Assembly (NCBI GenBank): GCA_965238005.1
Contig: OZ250165.1
Span: 512,001 to 576,000, forward strand
DNA: 64,000 bases
Direction: 5' to 3'
Origin: Longimicrobiales bacterium
Lineage (GTDB): Bacteria > Gemmatimonadota > Gemmatimonadetes > Longimicrobiales > Gaopeijiaceae
Positions 29,945 to 40,386 of this stretch are shown piece after piece. Under the pieces are notes generated by a model. It saw only the letters and a list, made by a program, of their open reading frames with translations, was not told where the DNA came from and did not search any database. Every line of letters begins with the position of its first letter. Within the stretch, counting starts at the first letter, position 1. Made by a program: the position numbers and the translations under genes.

Positions 29945-31093
29945 TCATATCCTCACCCTCGGATCCAGTGCGTCTCTGAGCCCGTCCCCGACCAGATTGA
30001 ACGCCACCACCGTGAATACGATGGCCAGTCCGGGGAAGGTCGATATCCACCAGGCCCCGAGAAGATTGCCATGGCCAGCGGCCACCATCGAGCCCCACGA
30101 TGGGGTCGGCGGCTGGATCCCGATACCCAGAAAGGACAACCCCGCTTCGAGGACGATCACGTTGCCGACACCCAGGGTCGCTGCCACGATCACGGGGGCC
30201 ATGGTGTTGGGGATCACGTGGCGAAGAATGATACGCATCCGTGTGAAGCCCAGGGCACGAGCCGCCTGAATGAACTCACGCTCCCGCAGACTGAGTACGT
30301 CTCCGCGCACGATGCGCGTGGTCCCGGGCCACTGGGTGAAGCCGAGGACGGCGATGATCAGGAAGATTGAGGATTGCTCGAAGAGGGCGGTGATCGTGAT
30401 GAGGAGCACGAGCCGCGGAAACGAGATCACCATGTCGACGAACCGCATGATAACGGCGTCCACCTTCCCGCCCAGGAAACCGGAGATGGCGCCCAGCAGC
30501 GTGCCGATAGTCACGCTGATCCCGACCGCGACGAAGCCGATGGAGAGGGAGATCCGGGCCCCGTAGAGGATCCGCGACAAGACATCCCGGGCCAACCCGT
30601 CCGTGCCGAGCGGAAAAGCTCCGCCGGGAGCAAGCATCCTCTGCGTGGTCAGCGAGTTCTGGACCGTCGGGTCGTGGGGCGAGATCAGAGGCGTGATCAG
30701 GGCAATCAGGTAGAAACACGCGATGGCGATCAAGCCGGCCACTGCGATCCCGTTCTTGGTGAAAGCCCGCACGGCGAGATCCCACTGGCTGATCCCCTCT
30801 TCACCGTCCGATCCGGGGCGCTTCACGTCCACCATGGACCACCTCCACGCCGCGACGAGGCCGGCAACCACGATCACGGCCGCGAGTCGAGCATCCCCCG
30901 GACCTCCCCAAGCGGCTTGGAATCGGCTCCAACGGGTCACAAGCACGCCTAGGAAACCGCCCCAGACCAACAGACTCATGATCCCGACCCCCCATCGGCC
31001 GGCGAGCAATTGGGGGAGCCCCGGGAGAACCGCCGACAGCGCGGCGCCTCCACGACCTCGGAGACCGGGAGCGTGGCCGGTAGGGTCAGTCAT
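29945..31093 (-). CDS. Peptide ABC transporter permease (OppC/DppC type)
   Basis: [32 protein letters not shown]-terminal extra TM extension. Confidence 0.92.
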   Translation of the reverse strand: MTDPTGHAPGLRGRGGAALSAVLPGLPQLLAGRWGVGIMSLLVWGGFLGVLVTRWSRFQAAWGGPGDARLAAVIVVAGLVAAWRWSMVDVKRPGSDGEEGISQWDLAVRAFTKNGIAVAGLIAIACFYLIALITPLISPHDPTVQNSLTTQRMLAPGGAFPLGTDGLARDVLSRILYGARISLSIGFVAVGISVTIGTLLGAISGFLGGKVDAVIMRFVDMVISFPRLVLLITITALFEQSSIFLIIAVLGFTQWPGTTRIVRGDVLSLREREFIQAARALGFTRMRIILRHVIPNTMAPVIVAATLGVGNVIVLEAGLSFLGIGIQPPTPSWGSMVAAGHGNLLGAWWISTFPGLAIVFTVVAFNLVGDGLRDALDPRVRI

Positions 31094-32075
31094 ACCGGAT
31101 TCTCGGGTCGACCAGCACATAGAGCAGATCTGCGATCAGGTTGCCGATCACAACCATGTTGGCAAAGATGAAGCTCCCGGCCATGATCACAGGATAGTCG
31201 CGCTGGGTGATGGCATCCACGATCAGCTTGCCCATGCCCGGCCATGAGAACACCGACTCGATGAACACCGTCCCGCTGAAGAGGAAGGGGAGGTAGAGAC
31301 CGAGCAGCGTGATGACCGGAATGAGCCCGTTGCGCAGCGCGTGCTTCATGACGACCACCCGCTCGGGGAGCCCCTTGGCGCGAGCCGTGCGAACGAAGTC
31401 CTGGCGGATCACCTCCAGCATGCTGCCCCGAGTGAATCGCGCGATGCCGGCCGCAAGCACGAGGGCCAGAGACGTGGCCGGAAGCACCAAGTGCATGATC
31501 CTGTCCTGCAGCTTCTCCAGTGGACTCATGAACGGGTACTCGGCGACGTTGATCATGTCCGAGGCCGGGAACCAGATGGGCCATTCCCACACGTTCCGGG
31601 CGAAGAAGCTGAAGGTGAGGATCATCATCATCGCCATCCAGAAGGACGGTATGGAGTAGAAGAAGAGAGCCAGTACCGAAGACACCGAGTCAAGGATAGA
31701 GTACTGCCGGACGGCCTGGATGACCCCGAGAAGGATTCCCAGGATGAAGGCAATCCCGGCGGCGGTGGCCGACAGGAGTATGGTGTTCGGCAGGAGCTCC
31801 CGGATGACGTCGACGACGGGTCGGCTGTGCGAGAGGGAGTAACCCAGGTCTCCCCGAGCCAGGGCAGCCATCCACCTCAAGTAGCGGATGTGGATCGGCC
31901 GGTCGAGACCCATGTTGACCCGGATCTGCTCGAGCGTCTGGGCAGACAGGTTGGGGCTCAGGTACCTGAGCGCCGGATCCCCGGGCGCCAGATTGATGAT
32001 CAAGAAGAGGATCGTGGCGACGCCCAGGACCAGCGGGATCGCCCCGAGGAGCCTCCGCGCCAGGTATCGGGTCAC
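31086..32075 (-). CDS. Peptide ABC transporter permease (OppB/DppB type)
   Basis: APGDP, GDLGYS, DFVRTARAKGL, DPRIR. Confidence 0.93.
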   Translation of the reverse strand: MTRYLARRLLGAIPLVLGVATILFLIINLAPGDPALRYLSPNLSAQTLEQIRVNMGLDRPIHIRYLRWMAALARGDLGYSLSHSRPVVDVIRELLPNTILLSATAAGIAFILGILLGVIQAVRQYSILDSVSSVLALFFYSIPSFWMAMMMILTFSFFARNVWEWPIWFPASDMINVAEYPFMSPLEKLQDRIMHLVLPATSLALVLAAGIARFTRGSMLEVIRQDFVRTARAKGLPERVVVMKHALRNGLIPVITLLGLYLPFLFSGTVFIESVFSWPGMGKLIVDAITQRDYPVIMAGSFIFANMVVIGNLIADLLYVLVDPRIRYD

Positions 32076-32140
32076 GCAACGCGCTCCAGGGTCACCGCGA
32101 CCTCCGCCGAGGGGGCACTAGGGAGCCGCTGCACGAGTCC

Positions 32141-32981
32141 CTAGCGCCTGCGGCCTCTCCGCTGATCGGCAGGGATCCACCAGTCCTTGATGTTCAGCCA
32201 GTCGCCCCGAGCGTCCATGATGACCCCCCGAAGCCGCTTGTTCACTCCGTCGAGTCGGTCGGAGACATAGACGAACGTGAAGGGCTGCTCATCTACGATG
32301 AGCTCCTGGTACTCCCCCCAAAGAGGCAGAGCCTCCTCCCGATCGAAGATCAACGGCAGCCGGTCCAGATAGCTGTCGATGTCGGATCGGCTCGTCCCCG
32401 AGGCGGCGAACGGCCCGTCGATCCCGTCGCTGTGGAACAGGACGGCGTCATCTGCCTTGAAGTCCGGCACCCATCCCATGACCACCCCGTCGAAATCCCG
32501 GGTGTCTGCGGCGAAGACCTGGCCGATCAGCGTGGAGAGCTCCACGACGACGGGCTGGGCCTCGACTCCGATCTCGGCGAGCTGCGCTTGCATGATCTCG
32601 ACGACACCCTTCCGCAGATCGTTTCCGTCGTTGTACTTGATCGCGATGGAGAGGCGGATGCCCTGGGCGTTCTCCCGGACGCCATCTCCGTCTCCGTCGA
32701 TCCACCCGGCCTCGTCCAGGAGGGCCCGCGCAGCATCCGGATCGTAGGCCATCGCCTCCGCCCCGATAGACTCGTCGTACGCCCAATGGATGGTAGGTAG
32801 GGGCCCGTTGGCCACGCGGGCATAGCCGTGGAAGAGAGCATCTACGATCTCCTGGCGGTTGGTTCCCCTCGTGAGAGCCTGCCGAACCCGCTTGTCGGAG
32901 AGTTGGGGCCGGCGGGCGTTCCACCACACGGACACGAAGAGCGGCCGCGGTTATCAATAATGACCACCTCGACTGTCTCAT
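32141..32981 (-). pseudogene. Peptide ABC substrate-binding protein (OppA type) with a large internal deletion
   Basis: RBS + MRQSRWSLLITAAAL signal-like start at 32981, fused out of frame (about 32940) to the C-terminal ~265 aa (DKRVRQAL, YDPDAARALLDEAGW). Confidence 0.8.
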
Positions 32982-33035
32982 TTCAGCCCTCCACCGCTCC
33001 GGCGCCACATACGTCCCCCGGAAGCATCGAGACCG

Positions 33036-33857
33036 CTACATGCGCCACGTCCACCCCGCCGAAGCATAGTGCGTCTCCAGGACCCCGGCCTCCACTCGCT
33101 CGATGTCCGTGAGCGCCGCCCCATGCCACTTTCCGCTCAGTACCTCGCTCAGCCCTGCTATGACCGTCCCTACAAGAACGTCCCAGGAAGGCACCCCGTC
33201 CAGGATTTCCTCAAGCGAAATCGGAGCGGAGGGCTCTTCGACCTCTCCTCGTAGGCCCGCCAGCCGCTCCTGCCCCGGGGCCAACAATAGGGAGCCGTGC
33301 TGGAGGATGGCGCTCCCCACGCGGGCCTGCGCGCTTCCAACGAGTTTCCTGCCCGCCACCGTCACCTCTCCCTCTGAAGGCCGCCGGAAGCACGGGCCGG
33401 CGGCGGGTGGGAGCGCGCGCCCGGACGCCGGCGCCATCGCCGCAGGTACCCCCAGAGCGTCCAGGGCCCTCACGAGCCCCTGGTTCACCATCCGATATAC
33501 GGCCCGCAGGCTCATGCCTCCAGTGACGGGAAGCACGAGGGCATACGTGAGCTCCTGGTCGTGTAGGACCGCACGTCCCCCTGTCGGACGGCGCACGAAG
33601 TCGATGCTAGCTCGCCGGGCGATCTCGAGGTCGTACGGTCCACGAGCGGGCTCGTTCCGGCCAAACGAGACGGTGGGTGTGGCCCATCGATAGAGCCGAA
33701 GCACGCCCTCCCCCTGGCCGAGACAGCGGGCCAAGGCATGGTCCACAGCCATGTTCACCGCCCCCGAAGCCGGCCCGTCCTCCAGGACACGCCAGCGGAG
33801 CGCACCCGTGTCGGGCGCGCCTCTCCGGCGGCGGACGGCTTGGGCAGTTGATGCCAC
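33036..33857 (-). CDS. Lipoate-protein ligase A / octanoyltransferase family
   Basis: NMAVDHAL, VRRPTGGRAVLH, RKLVGSAQ, LQHGS. Confidence 0.9.
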   Translation of the reverse strand: MASTAQAVRRRRGAPDTGALRWRVLEDGPASGAVNMAVDHALARCLGQGEGVLRLYRWATPTVSFGRNEPARGPYDLEIARRASIDFVRRPTGGRAVLHDQELTYALVLPVTGGMSLRAVYRMVNQGLVRALDALGVPAAMAPASGRALPPAAGPCFRRPSEGEVTVAGRKLVGSAQARVGSAILQHGSLLLAPGQERLAGLRGEVEEPSAPISLEEILDGVPSWDVLVGTVIAGLSEVLSGKWHGAALTDIERVEAGVLETHYASAGWTWRM

Positions 33858-33916
33858 GGCTCGACTAGAAGCCTGTTGAAGAAGTGGGGCGAGCCGCCCT
33901 CGGAGCGGAACGGCGC

Positions 33917-34606
33917 TCAGAACTCGTACGAGCCCCGGCCCGGCTCGACGACCTCGACGGTGGCCCGGTCCCCGACCAGCGTGCGGAAGTCCTCAGCGTT
34001 TTGGTCGATGTAGGGCCAGGTGTCGTAGTGGATTGGGATCACCACCGACGGACCGATGAACTCGATGGCCGTCACGGCATCCTCCGGCCCCATGGTGAAG
34101 TTGTCGCCGATGGGAAGGAGCGCCACGTCCACCTTCCCCTTCAGAAGCTGCATGTCCATGGTCAGGGCCGTGTCTCCGGCATGGTAGAGCCGCTTGCCCG
34201 GGCCCAGGTCGAAGAGCAGGCCCGCGGGGTTGGTCGTGAAGCCCTCGGCCCCCTCGCCATGTATCATCCCCCCGTGGTGGGCGATCGTCATCTTCACGCG
34301 GCCGAAGGGGAAGTCCCAACCGCCACCGATGTGCAAAGGGTGGGCATTCTCGATGCCCTGGCTCTGCACGTAGGCCACGAGCTCGAAGCTCCCCACCAGC
34401 GTCGCGCCCGTCGATCTGGCGATTGCGATGGCATCCGCGAAATGGTCCTGATGACCGTGAGTGCAGAAGATGAAGTCGGCCTCGACATCGGCGGCTTGGA
34501 TCTCCGTCCAGGGGTTGCCGTCGAAGAACGGGTCGATGACGACGCGGGTGCCGTCATCGGTGGTAAGCGTGAAGGTCGAGTGACCGTGATAGTCAAGTTT
34601 CGCCAT
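33917..34606 (-). CDS. Metal-dependent hydrolase, metallo-beta-lactamase fold (UPF0173-like)
   Basis: THGHQDH, YHAGDT, LLPIGDNFTMGP, IPIHY. Confidence 0.9.
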   Translation of the reverse strand: MAKLDYHGHSTFTLTTDDGTRVVIDPFFDGNPWTEIQAADVEADFIFCTHGHQDHFADAIAIARSTGATLVGSFELVAYVQSQGIENAHPLHIGGGWDFPFGRVKMTIAHHGGMIHGEGAEGFTTNPAGLLFDLGPGKRLYHAGDTALTMDMQLLKGKVDVALLPIGDNFTMGPEDAVTAIEFIGPSVVIPIHYDTWPYIDQNAEDFRTLVGDRATVEVVEPGRGSYEF

Positions 34607-34636
34607 CTTCGGATCCTCCACTGTCGTTGAGAGCCC

Positions 34637-37549
34637 TCAGCTTGTTCCGACGGCCACCTCAGCATAAGCCTCGATGGGGGGACAGGCACAGACCAGGTGT
34701 CTGTCACCGTGAGCGTTGTTCAGCCTCCGGACAGGGGGCCAGAACTTGTACTCTCTGGTCCAGGGAGCCGGATACGCGGCCTTCTCTCGCGAATAGGGAT
34801 GCTCCCACTCCGACGCGGTGACCATGGCGGCGGTATGCGGGGCGTTCTTGAGCACGTTGTCTTCCGGATCCGCCACGCCGGACTCCACTTCCTCGATCTC
34901 GGCCCGGATGGAGACGAGGGCATCACAAAGCCGGTCCAGCTCGACCTTGGACTCGCTCTCGGTGGGCTCGACCATGATCGTGCCCGCCACGGGGAAGGAC
35001 ATGGTGGGCGCGTGGAAGCCGTAGTCCATCAAGCGCTTCGCAACGTCCTCGTCCGAGATCCCAGCGCTCTTTTTGAGCGGACGTAGATCGAGAATGAACT
35101 CGTGGGCGACGCGTCCCTGCTCCCCACGGTACAGGACGTCGAAATGATCCTGCAGCAGGTTCGCCATGTAATTGGCGTTCAGGATGGCCACCTCCGTGGC
35201 CATGCGAACGCCCTTCCTACCCAGGAGTGCGATGTACGCCCAGGAAATCACCAGAATGCTACCGCTTCCCCAGGGAGCACCCGCGACCGGCAGGATCGCC
35301 TCGGGCCCACCCGTCTCGATGACGGGATGTCTCGGAAGGAACGGCGCCAGCTCGGAGGTCACGCAGATGGGCCCGGCGCCCGGTCCGCCTCCCCCGTGTG
35401 GTATGGCGAACGTCTTGTGGAGATTGATGTGGCAAACGTCGGCGCCGTAGTCACCGGGCCGGCATAAGCCGACCTGGGCATTCAGGTTCGCCCCGTCCAG
35501 ATAGACGCGTCCGCCCCGCTCGTGCACGATATCGCACATCCTCCGGATCTCCGACTCGAAGACGCCGTGGGTGGACGGATACGTGATCATGATGGCAGCC
35601 AGATCCTCCGCGTGCGCATCGGCCTTCGCCGTCAGGTCGTCTAGATCGATGTTCCCCATCTCATCGCACTGCACCACGACGACCCTCATCGCGGCCATGA
35701 CCGCGCTCGCCGGGTTCGTTCCGTGGGCCGACGAGGGTATGAGGCACACGTCGCGGTGCCCCTCCCCACGGCTCTCGTGCAGCGCACGGATGACGAGGAG
35801 CCCGGTGTACTCCCCCTGGGCCCCCGAGTTGGGCTGCAGCGAAGTAGCAGCGAAGCCGGAGATCTCGGCCAGCCAGGTCTCCAGATCCGAAAGAAGCTCC
35901 TGGTAGCCCTCGGCCTGGTCCATGGGGGCGAAGGGGTGGAGCCCGCCGAACGCTCTCCACGTGACCGGGAGCATCTCGGTGGTGGCGTTCAGCTTCATGG
36001 TGCACGACCCCAGAGAGATCATGCTCGTGTTCAGCGAGAGGTCCCGGCTCTCCAGCCGGTGAATGTACCGGAGCATCTCGGTCTCGGAGTGGTAGCTTTG
36101 GAAGACCGGGTGCTCCAGAAACTGCGATGTCCTCACGAGAGCCTCGGGAAGGGCGGGGGTCGCGTCCTGCGCCACCTTCCTCGCGTTCAGCTTCACGCCG
36201 CCTCCTCGTGGCCCTCCGTCGCTGAAGACGTTGAAGAGGTCGTCAATGTCCTCCGGCTGTGTCGTTTCGTCGACCGCGATGCCCACAGTCCCGTCGCCAT
36301 GGTCGCGGAGGTTCATCTCTAGCTCGCGAGCACGACGGAGGACGTCCTCCCCCGAGACGCCCGAGGGCACCACATGAAGCGTGTCGAAGAAGTGCTCGTG
36401 CACGACCGTATGGCCGAGCTCGCGAAGGCCGTGCGCCAAGGTGGCGGCCAGGTGATGGATGCGGCTGGCGATCCGTCGCAGCCCTTCGGGACCGTGATAC
36501 ACGGAGTACATGCCCGCCATGATGGCCAAGAGCACCTGAGCCGTGCAGATGTTCGACGTCGCCTTGTCACGACGGATGTGTTGCTCGCGCGTCTGGAGGG
36601 CCATCCGTAGGGCCGGGTTTTCGTCCGCGTCCACGGAGACGCCGATGATGCGGCCCGGCATCCTTCGCTTGAACCTGTCCTTGGCCGCCAGGTAGGCGGC
36701 GTGAGGGCCGCCATAGCCCATGGGCACTCCGAAACGCTGCGTGTTGCCGACTGCGATGTCGGCCCCGAGTTCGCCCGGAGGAGTGAGTAGCGTGAGAGCC
36801 ATAAGATCGGCGGCTACGACGATCCTGGCTCCATGCTCGTGGAAGGAGTCGCAGAAAGACCGGTAGTCGTGCACCGCCCCGTCGGTGGCCGGATACTGGA
36901 CCAGACCACCGAAGAGCCGGTCCCCGAAGGACTCCAGATCGTAGTTGTCGTGAGCCCCGACCACGACCTCGATACCCAACGGCGCCGCCCGGCCCTTCAC
37001 GACGTCGATGGTCTGCGGATGACAGACCTCGGAGACGAAGAAGCGTGTTCGCTTCTCGTCTCGGGTGTCGCCGAAGAGCATGGTCATGGCCTCGGCGGCC
37101 GCCGTGCTCTCATCGAGGAGGGACGCGTTCGCGATCTCCAGGCCGGTGAGGTCTATCACCATGGTCTGGTAGTTCAGCAGCGCCTCGAGGCGCCCCTGGG
37201 AGATCTCGGCCTGATAGGGCGTGTACTGTGTGTACCAGCCGGGGTTCTCGAGGATGTTCCTCAGAATCACGCCTGGTACGACCGTGTCGTGGTATCCCAT
37301 CCCGATGTAGGACCGGAAGACCCGGTTCTGGGAGCCGATCTCCTCGAGCCGGTGGAGAAGCCGATGCTCGGGAGAGGCGTCGGGGAGCTCGAGGTCGCCT
37401 TCCAGGCGAATGGAGTCGGGGACTGTCTGATCGACCAGCTCGCTGAGGGAGTTCACCCCCAGAGACGCCAGCATCGACTCGATCTCATGATCACGAGGGC
37501 CGATATGCCGGCTGGCGAATCGACCCTCCGTATCTATCTCTAGGGACAT
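34637..37549 (-). CDS. gcvP: Glycine dehydrogenase (single-chain P protein)
   Basis: [43 protein letters not shown]. Confidence 0.97.
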   Translation of the reverse strand: MSLEIDTEGRFASRHIGPRDHEIESMLASLGVNSLSELVDQTVPDSIRLEGDLELPDASPEHRLLHRLEEIGSQNRVFRSYIGMGYHDTVVPGVILRNILENPGWYTQYTPYQAEISQGRLEALLNYQTMVIDLTGLEIANASLLDESTAAAEAMTMLFGDTRDEKRTRFFVSEVCHPQTIDVVKGRAAPLGIEVVVGAHDNYDLESFGDRLFGGLVQYPATDGAVHDYRSFCDSFHEHGARIVVAADLMALTLLTPPGELGADIAVGNTQRFGVPMGYGGPHAAYLAAKDRFKRRMPGRIIGVSVDADENPALRMALQTREQHIRRDKATSNICTAQVLLAIMAGMYSVYHGPEGLRRIASRIHHLAATLAHGLRELGHTVVHEHFFDTLHVVPSGVSGEDVLRRARELEMNLRDHGDGTVGIAVDETTQPEDIDDLFNVFSDGGPRGGGVKLNARKVAQDATPALPEALVRTSQFLEHPVFQSYHSETEMLRYIHRLESRDLSLNTSMISLGSCTMKLNATTEMLPVTWRAFGGLHPFAPMDQAEGYQELLSDLETWLAEISGFAATSLQPNSGAQGEYTGLLVIRALHESRGEGHRDVCLIPSSAHGTNPASAVMAAMRVVVVQCDEMGNIDLDDLTAKADAHAEDLAAIMITYPSTHGVFESEIRRMCDIVHERGGRVYLDGANLNAQVGLCRPGDYGADVCHINLHKTFAIPHGGGGPGAGPICVTSELAPFLPRHPVIETGGPEAILPVAGAPWGSGSILVISWAYIALLGRKGVRMATEVAILNANYMANLLQDHFDVLYRGEQGRVAHEFILDLRPLKKSAGISDEDVAKRLMDYGFHAPTMSFPVAGTIMVEPTESESKVELDRLCDALVSIRAEIEEVESGVADPEDNVLKNAPHTAAMVTASEWEHPYSREKAAYPAPWTREYKFWPPVRRLNNAHGDRHLVCACPPIEAYAEVAVGTS

Positions 37550-37611
37550 GTTCTTCCTCGGAAGTGTCGGGCCGCGAATGACGTCTCCCCGGTGGGACTA
37601 GAGATCAGCTC

Positions 37612-38001
37612 CTACTCGCCGACCAAAGCCTGGTAGTCGGCCGCGTCCAGGAGATCCCCCAAGGCGCTCTCATCAGTGACGCGCAGGAGGATCATCCAAC
37701 CGGCCCCGTACGGATCGCTGTTCACCAGCGAGGGGTCGTCATCCAGGGCCTGATTCACGGTGACCACCTCGCCGGCCAGGGGGCAGTAGAGGTCACTCAC
37801 GGCCTTCACAGCCTCGATGGTGCCGAAGGTAGCCACCTTGTCGAAGCTCGCCCCGACCTCCGGCAGCTCGATGAACACGACGTCCCCCAGCTCCCCCTGG
37901 GCGTAGTCGGTGATACCGACCTGATAGACACCGTCCTCATCCGTGGCCTTGAGGTACTCGTGCTCCTCCGTATATGTCAGTCCCTCGGGGATTTCGGACA
38001 T
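37612..38001 (-). CDS. gcvH: Glycine cleavage H protein
   Basis: GITDYAQGELGDVVF, EAVKAVSD lipoyl lysine, DPYGAGW. Confidence 0.97.
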   Translation of the reverse strand: MSEIPEGLTYTEEHEYLKATDEDGVYQVGITDYAQGELGDVVFIELPEVGASFDKVATFGTIEAVKAVSDLYCPLAGEVVTVNQALDDDPSLVNSDPYGAGWMILLRVTDESALGDLLDAADYQALVGE

Positions 38002-38196
38002 CGCTCCTCCATGGTCGAGTGTCTAGCGCGGTCACAATAGAGAATTCTCGAGAAGCGTCAAGGTCAAAACGGTGGCCACGGACGGTCCGTAGATCCGGCG
38101 CCTCGCCTTTTCACGCCCGACCCGTACGGATAACTTTCGTGGACTTCGGTAGCCGACGCAAAAGCACTGACACAGCCCGCTGGAAAGATAGCAGAC

Positions 38197-39366
38197 ATGC
38201 CCACCACGCTAGCCGGTGAAGCCCGCCCGGCCGTCACGACCTTGTCCGAAGAGGAGGAGATGTTCCGGGAGGCGGTCCGGGATTTCGCCCAGTCCGAAGT
38301 AGCCCCCCTCGTGTCAAAGATGGACGAGGCCCAGGAGATTGATCCTTCACTCCTCCCCATGCTGTTCGAGCTGGGCCTCATGGGAATCGAGGTGCCCGAG
38401 GAGTTCGGTGGAGCGGATTCCACCTTTTTCACCTCCATTCTGGTGGTGGAGGAGCTCTCCAGAATCGACCCATCCGTCGGAACCCTGGTCGACGTACAGA
38501 ACACGCTCGTGATCAACGGGCTCAAGCGCTGGGGTAGCGACGAGCTCAATGCTCGCTACTTCCCCCTTCTGGCGACCGAGATGATCGGAGCCTATGCCCT
38601 CTCCGAGGCCGGAAGTGGGTCCGACGCCTTTGCCCTCACTTGCCGGGCCACACAGGACGGCGACGATTGGCTCCTCACGGGCCAGAAGCTATGGATCACG
38701 AACGGGAACGAGGCCGGCACCTATATCGTCTTCGCCACCGTCGACCCCGAGGCCGGCTACAAGGGCATCACAGCCTTCATGGTGGATCGCGACATGGAGG
38801 GCCTTACGGTCGGTAAGAAGGAGGACAAGCTCGGCATCCGTGCCTCCTCCACGACCGAGATCGTCCTCGACAACGTCCGGGTGCCCGGCAACAACGTCCT
38901 GGGCGATGTGGGCAGGGGATACAAGGTGGCCATCGAGACCCTCAACGAGGGCCGCATCGGCATCGGCGCCCAGATGGTGGGAACGGCCCAAGGAGCCCTG
39001 GACAACACGCTGCGGTACGTCAAGGAGCGGGAGCAGTTCGGCCAGTCTATCGGCAAGTTCCAGGGCGTGCAGTTCCAGCTGGCAGAGGTGGCGACCGAAC
39101 TTGAGGCTTCGCGTCTGCTGGTCTACAATGCCGCCCGTCTCAAGGACGCGGGTGAGGACTTCGTCGTGCCTGCGGCAATGTCGAAGCTACATTCCTCCAG
39201 GATGGCCCAGCGCGTGACGTCCCTGTGCATCGACCTTCACGGAGGATACGGGTTCACCCGTGAGTACCCGGTGGAGAAGTTCTATCGGGACGCCAAGATC
39301 GGCACGATCTACGAGGGGACGACCAACATGCAGCTCCAGACCATCGCCAAGGGGCTGCTCCAATGA
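38197..39366 (+). CDS. Acyl-CoA dehydrogenase (short/branched-chain type)
   Basis: YALSEAGSGSDA, KLWITNG, KLGIRASST, IGTIYEGT. Confidence 0.93.
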   Translation: MPTTLAGEARPAVTTLSEEEEMFREAVRDFAQSEVAPLVSKMDEAQEIDPSLLPMLFELGLMGIEVPEEFGGADSTFFTSILVVEELSRIDPSVGTLVDVQNTLVINGLKRWGSDELNARYFPLLATEMIGAYALSEAGSGSDAFALTCRATQDGDDWLLTGQKLWITNGNEAGTYIVFATVDPEAGYKGITAFMVDRDMEGLTVGKKEDKLGIRASSTTEIVLDNVRVPGNNVLGDVGRGYKVAIETLNEGRIGIGAQMVGTAQGALDNTLRYVKEREQFGQSIGKFQGVQFQLAEVATELEASRLLVYNAARLKDAGEDFVVPAAMSKLHSSRMAQRVTSLCIDLHGGYGFTREYPVEKFYRDAKIGTIYEGTTNMQLQTIAKGLLQ

Positions 39367-39557
39367 TGGGCCTCGGTGTCTGGGAGTTGGTCCTCATCTT
39401 CCTGGTGGTGATGTTCTTCTTCGGCGCCAAGCGCATCCCCGTGATCGGGCGTGGCCTGGGAGAGGGGATCAGGAACTTCAAGGGGGCCTTTCGCGAGGGC
39501 GAGGATACGCCCGACGACCGCTCCCTGGAGGAGCCCAGGGACGACGACGGCCCGTAG
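39363..39557 (+). CDS. tatA: Tat translocase TatA/E subunit
   Basis: GLGVWELVLI...FFGAKRIP..GRGLGEGIRNFK. Confidence 0.9.
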   Translation: MMGLGVWELVLIFLVVMFFFGAKRIPVIGRGLGEGIRNFKGAFREGEDTPDDRSLEEPRDDDGP

Positions 39558-39566
39558 GCGATCCAT

Positions 39567-40334
39567 GTGATGGCGGTGTCACCCCTCGACAACATCGTCG
39601 TCGTGTTGGACGAGCCCAAGGACGTCGTCAACATAGCCGGCGTCATTCGCGTGATGATGAACATGGGCTTGTCGCGGCTCCGCCTGGTGGACCCCGAAGA
39701 GTACGACATCCGCCGCATCACCGGCATCGCCCACCGGAGCGATGAACTGGTGGAGTCAGCCGATGTGTTCCCGACCCTCCGCGATGCCCTGGCCGACACG
39801 GTGTTCACCGTGGGGACCACCGCCCGCCCACGCACCGCCCAGCGTAACTACCTCCGGCCAAGGGTAGTGGCGCTCACCATCGTAGAGAGGGCCGCCGAAG
39901 GCCCCGTGGCGTTGGTCTTCGGCCGGGAGGATCGCGGGCTAACGAACGAGGGCCTGGACCTCTGCCACGCCATCGCCGTCGTACCCACGGCGGCCGAGTA
40001 CTCCAGCCTCAACCTGGCCCAGGCCTGCCTGGTACTCTGCTACGAGATCTACCTGGCAGCCACCGACGAGGCTCCCCTTCCGGGATACAAGCGGGATGCG
40101 GGTCCGGCCACCCACGCGGACCTGGAACAGATGTATACGGCTCTGGAGCAGGGGTTCTACCGGATCGACTTCTTCAAGGGAGACCGGCACCCCGGGGGGG
40201 TGCTCCGGACGCTTCGGACCCTCCTCTCGCGGGCAGATCCCGACCTCCGAGAGGTGCGTCTCGTGAGAGCCATCGGCTACGAGATACAGCGTTACTTCGA
40301 CAGGGCCGAAACCCCTGATGATCCAACCAGCTAG
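39567..40334 (+). CDS. TrmJ/LasT-type SPOUT RNA methyltransferase
   Basis: VALVFGREDRGLTNE, SSLNLAQA. Confidence 0.9.
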   Translation: MMAVSPLDNIVVVLDEPKDVVNIAGVIRVMMNMGLSRLRLVDPEEYDIRRITGIAHRSDELVESADVFPTLRDALADTVFTVGTTARPRTAQRNYLRPRVVALTIVERAAEGPVALVFGREDRGLTNEGLDLCHAIAVVPTAAEYSSLNLAQACLVLCYEIYLAATDEAPLPGYKRDAGPATHADLEQMYTALEQGFYRIDFFKGDRHPGGVLRTLRTLLSRADPDLREVRLVRAIGYEIQRYFDRAETPDDPTS

Positions 40335-40386
40335 CCATTTTTTTGTTGTACCTCAGGGCTGCGACTCATATGTTGAGATTAATTGA

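Noticed and set aside
33864..33885. CTAGAAGCCTGTTGAAGAAGT, an IS-end-like sequence; similar lone motifs near 15895 and 16632
   Set aside because: No partner inverted repeat or transposase nearby.
38002..38196. Glycine riboswitch upstream of gcvH
   Set aside because: No GGAGA...GAAG...CTCTCAGG aptamer core is visible on the minus strand.
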